DNA from: Phoronis australis
Lineage: Eukaryota; Animalia; Phoronida
DNA length: 64,000 nt
Reading direction: 5' to 3'
NCBI GenBank assembly: GCA_002633005.1
Contig: NMRA01000115.1
Span: forward strand, 135,996 to 199,995
Both the position numbers and the translations under genes were made by a program. Numbering within the stretch: position 1 is the stretch's first letter; each line of letters starts with the position of its first letter. This document shows positions 24,101-39,100 of the stretch, piece by piece. The notes beneath the pieces are model-generated. The model was not told where the DNA came from and searched no databases. It saw only the letters and a program-made list of their open reading frames with translations.

Positions 24101-27100
24101 TCAAATCGAGGCTTAATCCAGATACTCTTAATCTAGTCCATTGTTAAAAAGTTTCAGTGGTCTTTTATCCGGCATCACAAATCTCAGGACAACTAATGTA
24201 CATGTACATAACACCGGGTAAAAAGACACTAAAACGAGTACAAGAGAAAAGAAAACTAAGGAACTATCTTGGGCTAATTTTTGTTCTTTTGGTAAAAATA
24301 ATCCTTACCCACCTTTTTATAATTTCATAAGTTTGAAAAATAATTATTTTTTTAGCCAGAGTAATACTGACGCCAAGTCATTGTTCTTGCAGCATTGCTT
24401 TGCTCCACACAGGAACATCAGGTCCTTAGATCAGAGATCTTGAGTATCAAGCTTCTTGACAACAGTGGCAAATTTATTGACACAGTACAAGATGCTGTGA
24501 AACGTGAAGTTTTCAAGAAAATCCTATCACCGTGACAGTAAGAAATATAATGAGACTGGTTTAAAAGTCTTATTTTTTGTTTGTAACAACTAATGTAGTT
24601 AAACTCAAACTGCTTTAAATTCATTTAAGGAGCAATTCCCATATTCCCCAAGTTAATATGTAATGTGCAACAGATTATCACTCAACCACAGCACATGCAA
24701 TAAGTCTCAACTGAACTAGTTTCCATGCTATGAACATAATGTGATTAGCATTCAAAAAATCATTCGGATCTTGTTAAAAAATAGCACTGATCACAAATCA
24801 TTTTGAAACATTCACAACTTGGATCCTAACGGACTTCAGCAGGCATTAAGCGACTTACTTTGAATATGAAAAAATATCTGATTCAACAACTAAAAAATAG
24901 TGCAACTATTGTTTCAATTTAGACAAAATACAGACCAGAGCCGACTCTTTGGCTTTTCAGGCAACTAAGAACATTTGCCAGAAAGTTACCAAATTCGATG
25001 TCACCCAACAATTCACCAAATGGTCCACTTCATAATGATAACAGGTGACCTCATTACTCATATCACAAACCAATTATTAATCACAGCAAGGGCGTTTTTG
25101 ACATCTGCAGTCTTTTAAAACTAATCACTCATATTTTCATTCAAGGAAGAATCTCTTTAGCCATCACCTCCTGACACGAAGATTTTTACTTGGAGGACAT
25201 CGAGCTTGCACAGACGACACCTGAAGAGACATCAGATGACGTTTTAAAAGTTTTCATAAGCTCAAGGTTGAATTGTCAACTTTCAAGTACTTTTTTAAAA
25301 AAATTATAAGCATTTGTCACATATTGTTCAATGATAATATGACTCATTGCATCTGGCAAAACAGTGCAAGTGTTGAATGCATTATTTATGTGCCAATTTA
25401 TGCAAGTTGTTTGGAATGACATCAATTGATTAATTACATAGCAAATCTTTTTGGCCATTTTAAGGTCTTATGATATTGGACTTCAACCAGTTTTGAATAT
25501 GTGTGTGTGTGCGTGCGTGCGTGGTCATGGCTGAGGGAACCATGTCCCAGATTTATTTTCTTAATATCAGCCAGTTGCAACAGAAGTGACTTGATGGTCA
25601 ACATCTCTATTGTTCGAGGGCAAACAAAATCTGCTACATGACTCCCTCAACACAGACAGTAATAATCTACAGCTAAAACACTGTTCCCACAAATTAAGTA
25701 TTCATGTTCAAGCAAAAACTTACGATTCCAAAAATATGTAGCTATAAGGTTGAAAGCAGTCAGTTACAAAGTATTATGTTTAAAGGACTTCGCAAAGGTC
25801 GATACTTACAAAATATTAAGCAGAACAGCGGTATGATTTCACCACATAAGGCGTTTCATCTAATTTATCAGCACGCAACAATGGAATCCGATGCTTCTTA
25901 CCGGTTGGGATTTGAATAGCATGAAACCACAGCTATAGGGGGCGCTTATGACTAAGAACAAACTTAAGGAACAACAGTAGCAATGCACATCATTTCTTCT
26001 TTCTTCTACAGTTAACACGTTTGTCGCTCAAATAATGATCAAGTTCAATTTCCAATGATAAATTCCTAATACCCATGCAACACAAGTCCGCTACAAAAGT
26101 TCAGATGCTGAGGTAAGAGTCTATTGTAATTCAAACCCATAAGTATGCTGGTTGGGAAATACAGTCTAGCCTTTATTATTGCCTGGTCAAAGTGATGCTT
26201 GAACACATTTCAGAAATTAAAACTAAACATGCATTTACCGTTCGAGTTAGACTTTAAGCAGGACTGGTGAAAAACTAAGTCAACCAGTGTCGGAGCAGGC
26301 AGAACACAGTTAGGTTGGAAAACAATATTACAGCGCACCACTTGTGCGCATGCTATTGGCTTCCATCAATTACTGACAGAGATGATCTTCCAACACAAAA
26401 AAACAAATAAGCAGACATGCAGAAAATTTCAATTTGTGAAATGTGGCTTTGACCAAATCCAAAGTACTCACAATATAAGAACTCCGGCTGCAAACAAACG
26501 TAGAGCCTGAATCAACAGCCACAATACTGACTTGTGTGTGGCCTCCTTCATGAGGACTGCAACAACAAAATAAAAAAATGTGTGCATTACAATAAGTGAA
26601 ACCCTGCATTCACACCCACTATAATTCAATCCTGAGTTTAGTTGTCTTATTTTGTCTTTTCATTGAACAAATAATCCAGCCTGAAATCAGATGAAGTATT
26701 AGTGAATCTGTCTTGTAGTTTACCATTGATAATATTGTTCTAAGCCCAGGCAAAACTTAAAGACATTTTTCAGTGTGTCAAGCAATTTCAAAAAATTAGA
26801 GGACTATAGAAGAATATCTTTGGGGACTCCAAAGGCGCACAGTTTATTGTAGATGCAGAGTTGGTGCATTCTCACATGTGGAAGGATCAAACTCCGCAGC
26901 GTTGATGAACCAAAGATCAATCATGGTAAATTAACGGTATATGACTACAGGCTAGATCAGTGGTGACTATAGATGACTATAGTTCAGTCCTAATTACCCA
27001 CAATAATCAATTTCGTGAGGTTAAACAGCCCTATAGTTATCAGAAGTAGTTGTTATCAAAAAGTGAAAACAGTCCTAGTTAAAGGATATTAATCAATATG

Positions 27101-30100
27101 CGAGGTGAAAACAACCCTGGTTCTTCTCTTATGCAAAATTTTCACCAAGTAGCCTCATACGAAACAATGAGGTAAAAAGTATTTTAATTCAAAATCATTT
27201 TGGTGTGTGCTAAATTGGGGGGGAAATCCCCGAAGTTCGCTATAGCAATTAGTATATCAAGAGAAAATGGCCTTGGCTAACCCGTAGGCAACACAAAACT
27301 GCCCTATTTACCCACAGTATTCAATACTGTAAAGTGAAAATGGCCCGTAGTCAATATCCCAAAGTGAAAATGGTCCTAAGGTTAAACATCAGTATTGTTA
27401 CTGATTAGTAAAAATGGCCCTATTGAAACATATGCTAATCAATTTTACGAGAAGTGAAAATGATCCTAGTTATCTGTAGTAATGAAGAATGTGAAGTGAA
27501 AAATGGTCTTAATGACCCATTATAGGTAGGTGATACTGTAATGTATATTTATTTAGTGGTCCTAGTTATGTGGAGTAACAAATACTGAAAACAGTCCTAG
27601 TTAACCATTGACAGTGGTCAATATTATGAATTGAAAACAGCCATAATTACCCATAGTAGCCAATATTGTGAATTGAAAACAGTAAATAGTTACCCATAGT
27701 AGTCAATATTGTGAAGTCTTAGCTCCTCACTTTGAGAAATTAATGATATCTGAAATAAAAGAAAGTTTTAATCTTATCATTTGGTTAGCTACAGATTTCC
27801 AGAATTTAGGCTTTTTAGCCCTAGAACCCTGCAAACAGATATGAAGGCATCTGAACATTCTTTGAAAAACACCGACAGCCATGCAAGCTCTGGGGCTAAA
27901 ATGCATTTAAAGAAAATCGCTTTTCTACCAAAGTTCATTTTTGACAAATTTCCCAGTAACGAAAAATGAAAATAAAGAGTTTTCCGGTATATTAATACAA
28001 CAGGTCAGTGTACTGCGTAGCTGTCATAAAACCACATTTGGTAATTAAAGCATGCATTTTATGCCCCAAGGTAATCGACCTTAAAAAATAATTATAGAAA
28101 AATGACAGTTTCTTTGAAATTATTTCCGCGCAGAATGCTCAAAACTTGCCTACTAGATCATCAATACAGCCACAAAGAGCACACTTCAACACATACAGCT
28201 ACATGTACAAGATACAGAAGTGTTTTACAATCCCAATAGGTAGTCACCCTATAAAGTAATATTATCAGACACAAACCATTTCTGAAACAACCAATCCTCC
28301 TGGCAGTTGCCTCTTCTTGACTGTAGATCTTGAGGAAAACATTGGATTGGATAGACTGAGCTGAAGCAAAAATGATAACTTTAACACTCAGTGACATCAA
28401 TTGCCAACATTGGTGTATGTAGCTACATTCATTAATTATTCAATAAAAAAGGATCAAAACAATTGTCAAGTCTTACGTTACAGTTCCAATTTAAATCATT
28501 TACTAAGTGCACACAAGGTGGCAGTCGGGCTACATACAAACTGGCAAATATGTAACTATTGAAGTTTTAATGGCTTTACTTCTGATTATTCAAGCTGTCA
28601 CTCAAGCAAAATGTGCATTTTTACGGACTACAGATCAAAATAAGCGTATCCCGATCCATGACCTATTCGTGCAGTGCACTCAACTGCAAATAAGATGCTC
28701 ACTGCCACGTTTCTAGCATGATGATTTTGCAAGTTTAATGATTGTGGAACCTAGGGCCTAGAAGCAAGACCGAGCTTGTTATCTCATTGCTAAAGCTTTA
28801 ATGGTATAAAGCATGTGCACAGCAGCTTTCAAATTCAACCAGCGCTCGATTTGGCCAATGCAACCTCAGACTGTGTTAGGCGACCTGTGAAAAATCTGAA
28901 GTCGCCAATACAAGTATCAGTCAGACAATAGTAGTGAGAAATGGGACATTACGGTCATACAGCCCGTTTTGTTGATGATTTTTACGCCAGATCGGCAACC
29001 TGACAATTCATTTGAGGAACCTGGGATTTTTCAGTTTTCGCGAATTCAGATTACATTTGGTAACCTCAGATTTTTGCCCAGTCACCATTAATGCGACTTG
29101 GCCTTAAGCTAAGCATCGACAAAGCAAACTGCAGACAACTCCGTCAGACTCCTCCAAACTTATTATTATGGCAGAATTATTACTTTTGTCTTAATGAGAT
29201 ATTTATTTTGTTAAATATGACGTTATTCTTAGCTTCTAAGTTGGTTGCAAAGTGCATTAGAAGCACCATCGAAATTTATCAAGAACTATATAAAACAGGG
29301 TCCAGTAAAAAGAAATAGAAACTTTTTGTGTGAATACTTTATTTGGAAAACAAATCTTGATTAATTCCAAGTCAGTAAGGATTACGCAAGCTCAATAAAT
29401 TTATATCCCAAACATGATGCCAAGTAAACACATTACTGGGTAACAACCTACCATAAGCCTCATGCCTGACTGTACCCATGGCTGGGGTATAATGATAGAC
29501 TCCAGTATCAGTGATTCACCCTTGTCGATGATATACACCTTTGAACTCATATTGCTGCTGAAAAACTTGAACTGAAACACCAAAAATTGTTTCAGCTTCA
29601 GTTACAAAATCGAAATATAATACACAGCGTGCATTTAGATCGAAGTCTAGGGTCTGTAACGATACCAGAAATAAAGAAGCATTTGTCACAACTGACAGTG
29701 CCAACTAGGTTGTAAACAGCAGTGCACAACTGCCTCTCAACTGCACCTATAAACAGCACATCATCTTTAAGAATGAACAATTCAAAAAACATTTGAAAAA
29801 TAATGTACTCTGAGTCAGTAAATGCAAGTTCAAATCACTATAGTAACGAGTGTTAGGTTTTAAGTGATTTTTTTCTGGCTGCTACAAGGCTCTTTGATAT
29901 TTCAATGCAAGTATAAAATCATGAAAGTGCATTATAAAACTTCAATTTGTAATTATCTATGTCTGTAGTAGTTTAGTTTGTCAGAACAAATATGACCTTT
30001 TATCTCAACCTCCCGTGTTATTTCACTGTAAACTAGCTTTAGTATCGCTTCGCAGTTAGCGCATATAAAGTGCATTGCTTGAAATCACTTTCACAAAAAA

Positions 30101-33100
30101 TACACTAATGATCAAGCCAACTGCAATACTTGAGCAATACGCGTATCTTCCACAAAATCCCATTGCAACTTTTGTTTTTTTTCCAATAAAAACAAAAGCA
30201 GACTTACCATTAGGCAAATCTTAGACTAACAGGATTTGCATCCAAGTGGACAATAAAGCATGCACAGTTTACGCCAGAGTATCCAGGGAACTCCTTGGCA
30301 CATCAAAAGTTTGATGAGCTATTTGCTATTAATGGGCTTGGATGAACGTGTATGATGAGATAACTGCGTTTGGTAAACAACCACGCCTGTTTAGCATCAG
30401 TTTAAAAGTAAAAAAATGACAATAAGAAACTAAAGGCAACATGACTGTTTTTAAAATTGAAATTGTTGCCATCTTTGAATTAATAAAATCTGCGCATTAT
30501 AAAGGAAATTTTAGCAGATAGGTTTTCTTAATCACCGCGGCTAAGCTACGAGCATTAATTTGTGAATCAATTAGGACAGGTTAGTCACAGTCTGGCTTAG
30601 GCTAGCTTAACCGTTGGGGTAACAAAACCTCAAATGTTAGTGTATGTGTTGCCTCATGTAAATTAAAGCAGTCTGACTCCAACTTACCGGGCACTGCTGT
30701 TGCATAGACACATTAGCCAACATTGGCAGACTATAGTCCTTATGCAGTAACCACAGTGATGTAGCCAGAGAGGGCGAGACGGCCTTGGGTCTCCATACCT
30801 TCATCTGCATGCCGTCCACAGTTATCACATCATTGGGCTCAATCAAGTGACTGGCATTCAGCTGTCGTCAAGGGGGTTGGTTAAAGAAAGAACACTTTAC
30901 TCCACAGTGCCTCTAATGAAGCCCTTGGACACCTTAAAATGTTTTGATATTTGTCCAACTTCTATTACCGGTAATCATCCTGGATTACACTAGCTATCAA
31001 AAGCACATTCAATGTTGAAATCACATGTTATAATATGCGGGAAGCAAATTTTCACAATCAAGTAACGGACCAGGTTTGCCATGAAAACTTGATTGGAAAA
31101 AAATATGAATGATATAAATCATACAGATTTGAATCAGATGTTGAACAGTTTGACAAACAATTGAGATAGGTAATGCATGAGGGTAATGCAAATTCTAAGC
31201 TGCCTGAGTCAAAGTTTTCAGAGGATTCCAACGACAACTAAAAAACACATGGAAGACGGAATGTGGCTAAGCTTCATTGAATGAAATTATTGTTCGGACA
31301 AGGTGTGCATTTTGTGACAGTGGACAACACAGCTACCTGGCATTGGATTTTTTAAAAAAAAATTCAGCATTATCTCTTTTGTCTGAATGAAGGCAGGAAA
31401 GAAAGTTGCAATGATTATAGATCGTGGTACATAACTTATTGCAATTAATACCGAGAGTCCTAATTTGAATGTCAATGTTTGCCCCACATATTGGGCTTGG
31501 AGGTGTAACTTTAGTCCTCATAGTGACTTAGAATTTTGCAGACACTTGTAAATCATGGGTGTCCCTCACACACAATACGCCTTTTGAATTTTACATGCAA
31601 GGACAGTGAAAGCAGTTCTTTGTGAACCCTGCTCTTAGTATGCAACTGTCAAAGTAGGCATGTGTAAGTAAACACAGCAAAGGGTTTATGGTCCAGGCTG
31701 AGAAGATAAGTGTTTTATTACCCCCTGTTCTGAATAGCCCATCCTGGAATTCCAAACTGTCACAATGTTTACTTGACAATTTGGGCTTGTACAGTAAGGC
31801 TGTTGGACTCAAACTGAACATAGTCACAGCATTGTGTGGCAAGTGCATCACACTTTAAAGACCAATGTTTCATAAGATAAGCTGTAAACATTTTATAATG
31901 ATTTGGTTACACCCAACATATCAACGGATCTCAAGGTGTCCAAGGGATTTGGCCTCCATAAATAACCTCTCGGGATAAAAAATATGTTTCAGCACTAATG
32001 GTTCACAGGCTGGTGTATTGAAAAGATCGTGAAATTCAAATAGGTCTGCTGTAGTTTGCTAGCAAAGGTTGATTCACATCGAATCCAAGGAATTCATATT
32101 CTAACAGCATTAGTTTACATATCCAGTGTATTCATTAAATATATAACAATGATTATCCTAACAAACAACATTATGAACTATGGTTTTGCAGAAACTTTTT
32201 GTCCAATTCTTGTTTTGCACACTAATTATTTTCTCAACCTGCTTGCTTACAGGACCTAAACTACACTTAAAAGAATTGATCAGTACTTATCATCTCCCAA
32301 GATGAACCTACCACTATGACAGTGAATGGGATGCCATCTTTTCCAAAAATCACTCTGTTAGAGGATGTGATGAAAATCATGTTGCCATTTTTCTCTGCAA
32401 CAAACATTAGTTGTTTAAAATGAGGCCACATGTAGGAGATTTGGTTTCATCAATCAGAGTGTATCATGTTTAAGGCCAAAGACAGTAACAAAATATTTAT
32501 GTTATACAGTCACTTTCTTCTCTCTACACAAACTTCACATCCTATGTCTATGTTAAAACTTGAAGTCTTTGCAACGTTATTACTTACACTTATCTATACA
32601 AAAAATAAAAAAATCCCAATTTTTTCGCATTGAAAAAGTAGAGTTGGCAATCCATGTGCCATTAATAGTCTATTATGTACGCTCAGCAAAAACAATAACA
32701 ATTCTATAGAGCATAGACGTCATGTCAAATCATGAACTAATAAATGTTTTTAAGTAAAGTTACAAAAAAAACATTTTACCAAAATGTTATTTAAAATTGA
32801 TTAAAAAAGAATAGCACCATAACCGTTACTAAGCACGTAATGATGAGGTAATTCCCACAATTAAATGTTTTGAAAAAGGCAACGAATGACTGACCTGATG
32901 TGAAGTGGCGCACCGTCTCTCCTTTATTAAACACAAAAACATTGTCTTCACAGTTCCAACAAATGACTTTGCTCAAACTTTTTCCTGCAGAAGCAAAATG
33001 TTTAAGTACTCTGCCCAATAAGAAATTAATGCAGGGCACAATGTTGTTAAAACATTATGCAGAATGTATATCCAGGATTTAGTTATTAACAAAACTATGC

Positions 33101-36100
33101 AGGCAGCCTCCAAACATGTCAGTGTGGTACCAGTGCTTTCCCTGCCCACTGACGTTCGAGGTACTGATCGTCCATTTAAAGTCATATTATTGCGTGTGGA
33201 AGGCCAAGCCAGATAACAACATGGACAATCCCTTGTAATGATTCTTATTGAACCATGGAAAGCATGCCTTACTTATATATTCATCTTCTTTATAGCCTCA
33301 AAAACAAAGTAGCGTTATATCAGTGGACAAAAGCAAACTTCACAATACTGACATTGTGTGTGCACAATCGAGGCTCATGACGTCATTAATTTATTGTTTA
33401 TCACAAGTGCACAAAGAAACTCAAGATACAGTATCAGCCTCGTATACAAAAACGAAAATGTTACCGTGAAACATCGAGTACATCAAGAAGTGAGAGGCCA
33501 CAATGAAGATGCCAAAGCCCTTAGGCTGAAAGACCTGCGACTGCCTACTGGTGGGGTAGTGTCCAGGAAAGGAGGAGCTTCGGTGTACAGGGGTGCGCAG
33601 GTTTCTGTCCACCTTGTAGTCCACAAACCAAGCCTGGACAAATAAAAAGTTGAATTACAATGTGGATGCCATTCTGCAGCTTCAAAATGAGATTGACGAA
33701 AGTGGGAATTTAATTGCTTGCGTACATAATACATTATCTATCTTAAAAATGCTTCATACTTAAATTTGCATCAACCAGTAACCAGGGCTTGGAATGACCA
33801 ATGACAAAAAACGCGGAAACTTTGAAACTTTTACGGCCCAAATCATGCCCGATAACCTTGAAATGGTCGATGTGAACCTTTCCCCGACAAAAATCAGGAC
33901 CAAAAAAAAAAGAGAAACATTACCACCATCAGTAGCATGCATCTGCGTCCTTTCAACTCGCCCGTCCACTCCCAACCCACACATTTTTGGCTGCAGAGCG
34001 GTAGTATTTGTCGCCGCGCTTAACAATAACACGAGACGCCATTGAAAATCCAACCACGCTGTCCCAGATGCCCCGGCAATGTTGACAATTTACGTTCCTC
34101 CGAAACATAAAGAGCATCTTCCGCTTTTCGAGGTGAACGTCGTCTGCAACGCCGCGGTAAGAAAGGAATTTGCCGCGGAAATTTTATATCAAATCCGATT
34201 TTTTTACACGGAAATATTATAAAAAAAGCGGAAAGCACATTTGAAAAAAGCGGAAATCCGCGTTTCCGCGGAAAATTCCAAGCCCTGAGTAACCCTCAAA
34301 ACTGTGTCTGTGAAGTTACTATATCTTCTAAACTATTTTGCATCAACCCACAAGAGAAGGTACAACATCATTTGGCTACAGTGTGGGTCGCTCCCACAAC
34401 AGAAGGTACAACATCATGGCTACAGTGTGGGTCGCTCCCACAAGAGAAGGTACAACATCATGGCTACAGTGTGGGTCGCTCCCACAACAGAAGGTACAAC
34501 ATCATGGCTACAGTGTGGGTCGCTCCCACAAGAGAAGGTACAACATCATGGCAACAGTTTGGGTCGCTGACGTTTAATGATTGCCAACTCCACAATCACA
34601 TTCTTTCAGTCTTGCAGCATCACAAATTTTGACACCGAAATGAGTTTCCCACACCAAGACGTTAATTTATAAAGTGAAGAGTTCTCAATACCCAGTGTGA
34701 TCAAGGCTTCTTTCTAATTCACTAAAATTGGTACCACTAATAGTCTAGACCTAATTATTATGTTTATTGCCCATACAGCATGACCAGGTAATAGACTAGT
34801 ATTCAAGTATGTGATAAAAAGCTTGCATGGTATAATCCCTGAAATACCTCAAATTGTATCATGGTCACTTGGCTTTATGTACTATTACTGACATTATTCC
34901 TAATTTTAATTACTGAAAAGTTATTTCAGGAACGTTATCAATTTCACCAATTTTGAGAATTCAACAAAGAATCTAATTTCTGTGAGCATCAAAGATAAAA
35001 AGTGACTGTGAGAAAATTTTGCATTAGAGTTTGCAAGTTCCCAATTGAAGTGAAAAAGTAAGGAACATAGTTGAGTCTACTTAAGACAGTTTTAAGCATC
35101 CAGCTACTGAGTACATCCAACACAGTAACCACTGAATACAACCAAACAGTCACAGGATATAGCCAACCAGCCACTGAATACCTTTGACCAGTCACTGATA
35201 CATTGGACCAGTCATTGAACATGTTCACAACCAACCTCTGAAAATGGTCCACCAGCCACTGAATACATTTCACCAGCCACTGAATATGTTTCAGCCACAG
35301 AATACAATGGACGAGACACTGAATGCAATCGACAAGCCATTGAATACATTCGAGGTAGTGACTCATCTGAACCTGATGGTTTATATCTGAAGACAAAAAT
35401 ATTAAAAGAAACTCCACAGTAGGCAACTGCATGGCTATAAACTGATGTCATCCTTCCTAACTGGTTGACACATAGGATAGAGTATGGTACCATAGACAGG
35501 GGTCCACTTCAAGGCATGTTAATCCAGGTGTTCAATAGAGGTTTCTGATCTGTACCACAAGGTTAGGATTCTTTGATTTTATAGATAGAAAAATAAATTT
35601 TACTGTGACCTTGCTCAGTACGTGTTGTTGCTGCTCAGGTCTTGAGACAACTACCTCAGCTCACATACTGAAATACAAACACAAACACGAACACAAGCAC
35701 AAACACAACTATGCAAAACAGATGTAAAAGTTTCAAAATTGCATGAGTGAACTTACAGATGTCTCGTTAATGAACAGTGTTGACAGGTCAGCAAATGCCA
35801 GACTAAAAGCCATGCCATGGGCCCAGGTACTAGGACTAGTGTCTACAAGAACACAACTCATGCCACTCACTGTTGATAATTTTTGCCAAATTAATGCTTT
35901 GACCACAGTGGAAAATTTTATTGACCACCCACTGGTATAAAGAAATTTAAAAGCACGTCTATTTGGCCAAGAAAACACCGAGGGATAATTAGGACTGTGT
36001 GATTTGACATAATGTCAAATATGTCAGTAGTGTTTGAACTTTACACACAGTATGACCCTGAATGTATGGTCTCAATCCCCTTCAACAGGGTACTAAGTGC

Positions 36101-39100
36101 AAGTGAAATTTATCCACTCAAATTCAAATCCTTTTTAAAACGCAGTTAAAAGTAAGACTGAAAAATCAACTTGAAAGAGTTAGTGCAATAATTACCTGCA
36201 TCGAATTTCTCCAATCTGAAAGAGGCGCCACCATCTGTCGACAAGAAGAAGTCGCGTGTGTCTGACTCGTTATAGGCTACCACCATTTGTGAGATGACGG
36301 AACAGACATGCATCTTGTCTTGATTATCCTGACAACACTGCTTGGTAAACAACGAGGTGACACCCTTGGTGATGCCTGGAGANATCGACAAGCCATTGAA
36401 TACAATCGACAAGCCACTGAATACATTCGACATAGTGACTCATCTGAATTTGATGGTTTATATTTGAAGACAAGAATATTAAAAGAAACTCCACAGTAGG
36501 CAACTGCATAGCTAAACTGATGTCATCCTTCCTAACTGGCTGACACATAGGATAGAGTATGGTAACATAGACAGGGCTCCACTTCAAGGTACGTTAATCA
36601 AGGTGTTCAATAGAGGTTTCTGATCTGTACCAGAAGGATTCTTTAATTTTACAGATAGAAAAATAAATTTTACTGTCTCAGTACGTGTTGTTGCTGCTCA
36701 GGTCTTAAGACAACTACCTCAGCTTACATACTGAAATAAAAACACAAACACGAACACAAGCACAAACACAACTATGCAAAACGGTTGTAAAAGTCTCAAA
36801 ATTGCAGGAGTGAACTTACAGATGTCTCGTTAATGAACAGTGTTGACAGGTCAGCAAATGCCAGACTAAAAGCCATGCCATGGGCCCAGGTACTAGGACT
36901 AGTGTCTACAAGAACACAACCCATGCCACTCACTGGTGATAATTTTTGCCAAATTAATGCTTTGACCACAGTGGAAAATTTTGATGACCACCCACTGGTA
37001 TAAAGAAATCTAAAAGCACGTCTATTTGGCCAAGAAAACACCGAGGGATAATTAGGACTGTGTGATTTCACATAATGTCAGATATGTCAGTAGAGTTTGA
37101 ACTTTACACAGTATGACCCAGAATGTATAGTCTCAATCCCCTTCAACAGGGTACTAAGTGCAAGTGAAATTCATCCACTCAAATTCAAATTCTTTTTAAA
37201 ACGCAGTTAAAAGTAAGGCTGAAAAATCAACTTAAACGAGTTAGTGCAATAATCACCTGCATCGAATTTCTCCAATCTGAAAGAGGCGCCACCATCTGTC
37301 GACAAGAAGAAGTCGCGTGTGTCTGACTCGTTATAGGCTACCACCATTTGTGAGATGACGGAACAGACATGCATCTTGTCTTGATTATCCTGACAACACT
37401 GCTTGGTAAACAACGAGGTGACACCCTTGGTGATGCCTGGAGAGGAAGTACATTAAGATGTCAGCGAATGTTAGCTAAGACACAAAGGCACAATATGGGT
37501 GACAGTGAAACTTTATCCTTTTCTCCCCAAAACATATGTATTGCCAAACTAGAAGACTGAACTCCCAGTTTCCCTATTAAAGTTTTGTACCACGGCCAAA
37601 ATCAAGCAAAGTTTTTAAAATCTGTGGGCACACAACAAAGTTGGTGAGATTTAACTGATGTTGGACTCCTTACTTACCTTTGGGACACGTCAAAGAAGCA
37701 AGTAAGGTATACACACAGATAATCAGAAAAATCCATCCTCTCGTCCATCCATGCACTTCATGTACATTCATTAGCACCATGCTTTGGAACTTTGCAATAA
37801 GTATTCCAAATAGTTCTGACAGGCTTTCATAAGAAATTTGCTACCCAAACTTTTTTTTCAAGCGAAGCACCCCACGAGTGAATTTTTAATATTTGGAACT
37901 GAGCAGACGACAATTGTATGAAAGGGTTGACATAATACAACTTAGTTAACCTTGAGGAGTCCTCAAAACTGGACTGAGTTGAGAGATCTCCGCAATGTTC
38001 CATTTATGACAAGTTGAAGAGGTCAACATGGCATAAGTAGATTACCATTTATTTTCAATTTCAAAAGTTTCATGAACCACTGAGGTGAGCAAAACACCTT
38101 ATTAAAAGGTCGGTTCAAAATATGTTATTGTGTGTCTAGTCGGGTAATGTCAGCTGTGATGTGTGGCCGAGTCAGCAGATGCTAAAAGGTAAATGTTAAA
38201 ACAGTGATTTGGCCACGAATTAAGCACTATACATGACGGCATTCTCCTGTCCAGCGACTTTACCAGACGTTGAGGGTTATGAGAGTGTGATACCATCTAT
38301 CTCTTTTGATAACTGGCAAGCTGGTTTGACTAGATAGGATCTTACTGGAGATTAGGAGCAATTATCGAACAAAAGAGAGCTGGCCCTCCAACCATAAATG
38401 CCAGAATGGAGTTAATCAGTCATGTAAGATATTGGCTGCAGGGGTCATCTTCCCAATGTTGTTGGGCTATAGAATCGAACAAGTTGGGAGCAACGGGAAA
38501 AGGCTGTAATGAAAAACAGTGATTTGACCAGATTTACGAAGGGCTATAAATTACCGAGTACTTTCAATATTACTACCTGATTATGGACCAGCTGGTCAAT
38601 TTTAAACTTCTCAACTCTGCGAGGCATACAAGGGTATTCGGGGAGTTTCCCGTACACGGGTCAATATACGTCTTGCTTAAAGGTGTGTTACTATGACCTT
38701 GGTAATCTTTTACCGCTTTGAGGAGGTTGTGTTGTACATTGACATTGCTCGCCACTGATAGGTGCATTCAGGCCTTACCATGATAAAATTTGGAACCCTG
38801 AATGTACAGTGACAAAATTATTCAAGACTGCACAGATGCCCCAGCAAAGACCATAACAACTTTACTACCGACACTGATTTTATTTGGTTGGCCTACCATG
38901 TGAGTATGCAGACAATGGACTTAGTAAAGCATATATAGCAGCAGGGCAACAGCAGAAACTGTCCTCATTGACACAATTGCTGCTTGTCATTAACTCACCT
39001 GATGTGTGTGTGAAATGTGGGTCAGAGTGCGAAATGTGGCTAGAATACACGCGACCATTGATGATCAAAAACAGGGAAGATCCCAGGAACTGTGCAGCTG

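Larger units (their letters stand above)
35328..37443. repeat. Tandem duplication of about 1.06 kb across a single-N gap (36383)
   Basis: 35328-36382 and 36384-37443 align end to end; the exons look identical and the introns show scattered substitutions and small indels. Confidence 0.9.

Noticed and set aside
34304-34632. Repetitive ORFs and a CRISPR-like regular repeat
   Set aside because: A head-to-tail 44-bp minisatellite with no unique spacers, no cas genes and a eukaryotic context.
37678-37840. Open frame ending at a strong gtaagt donor as an extra CatSper exon
   Set aside because: Exon 39125-38999 already joins 37436 in frame with good homology, and no convincing acceptor is present.
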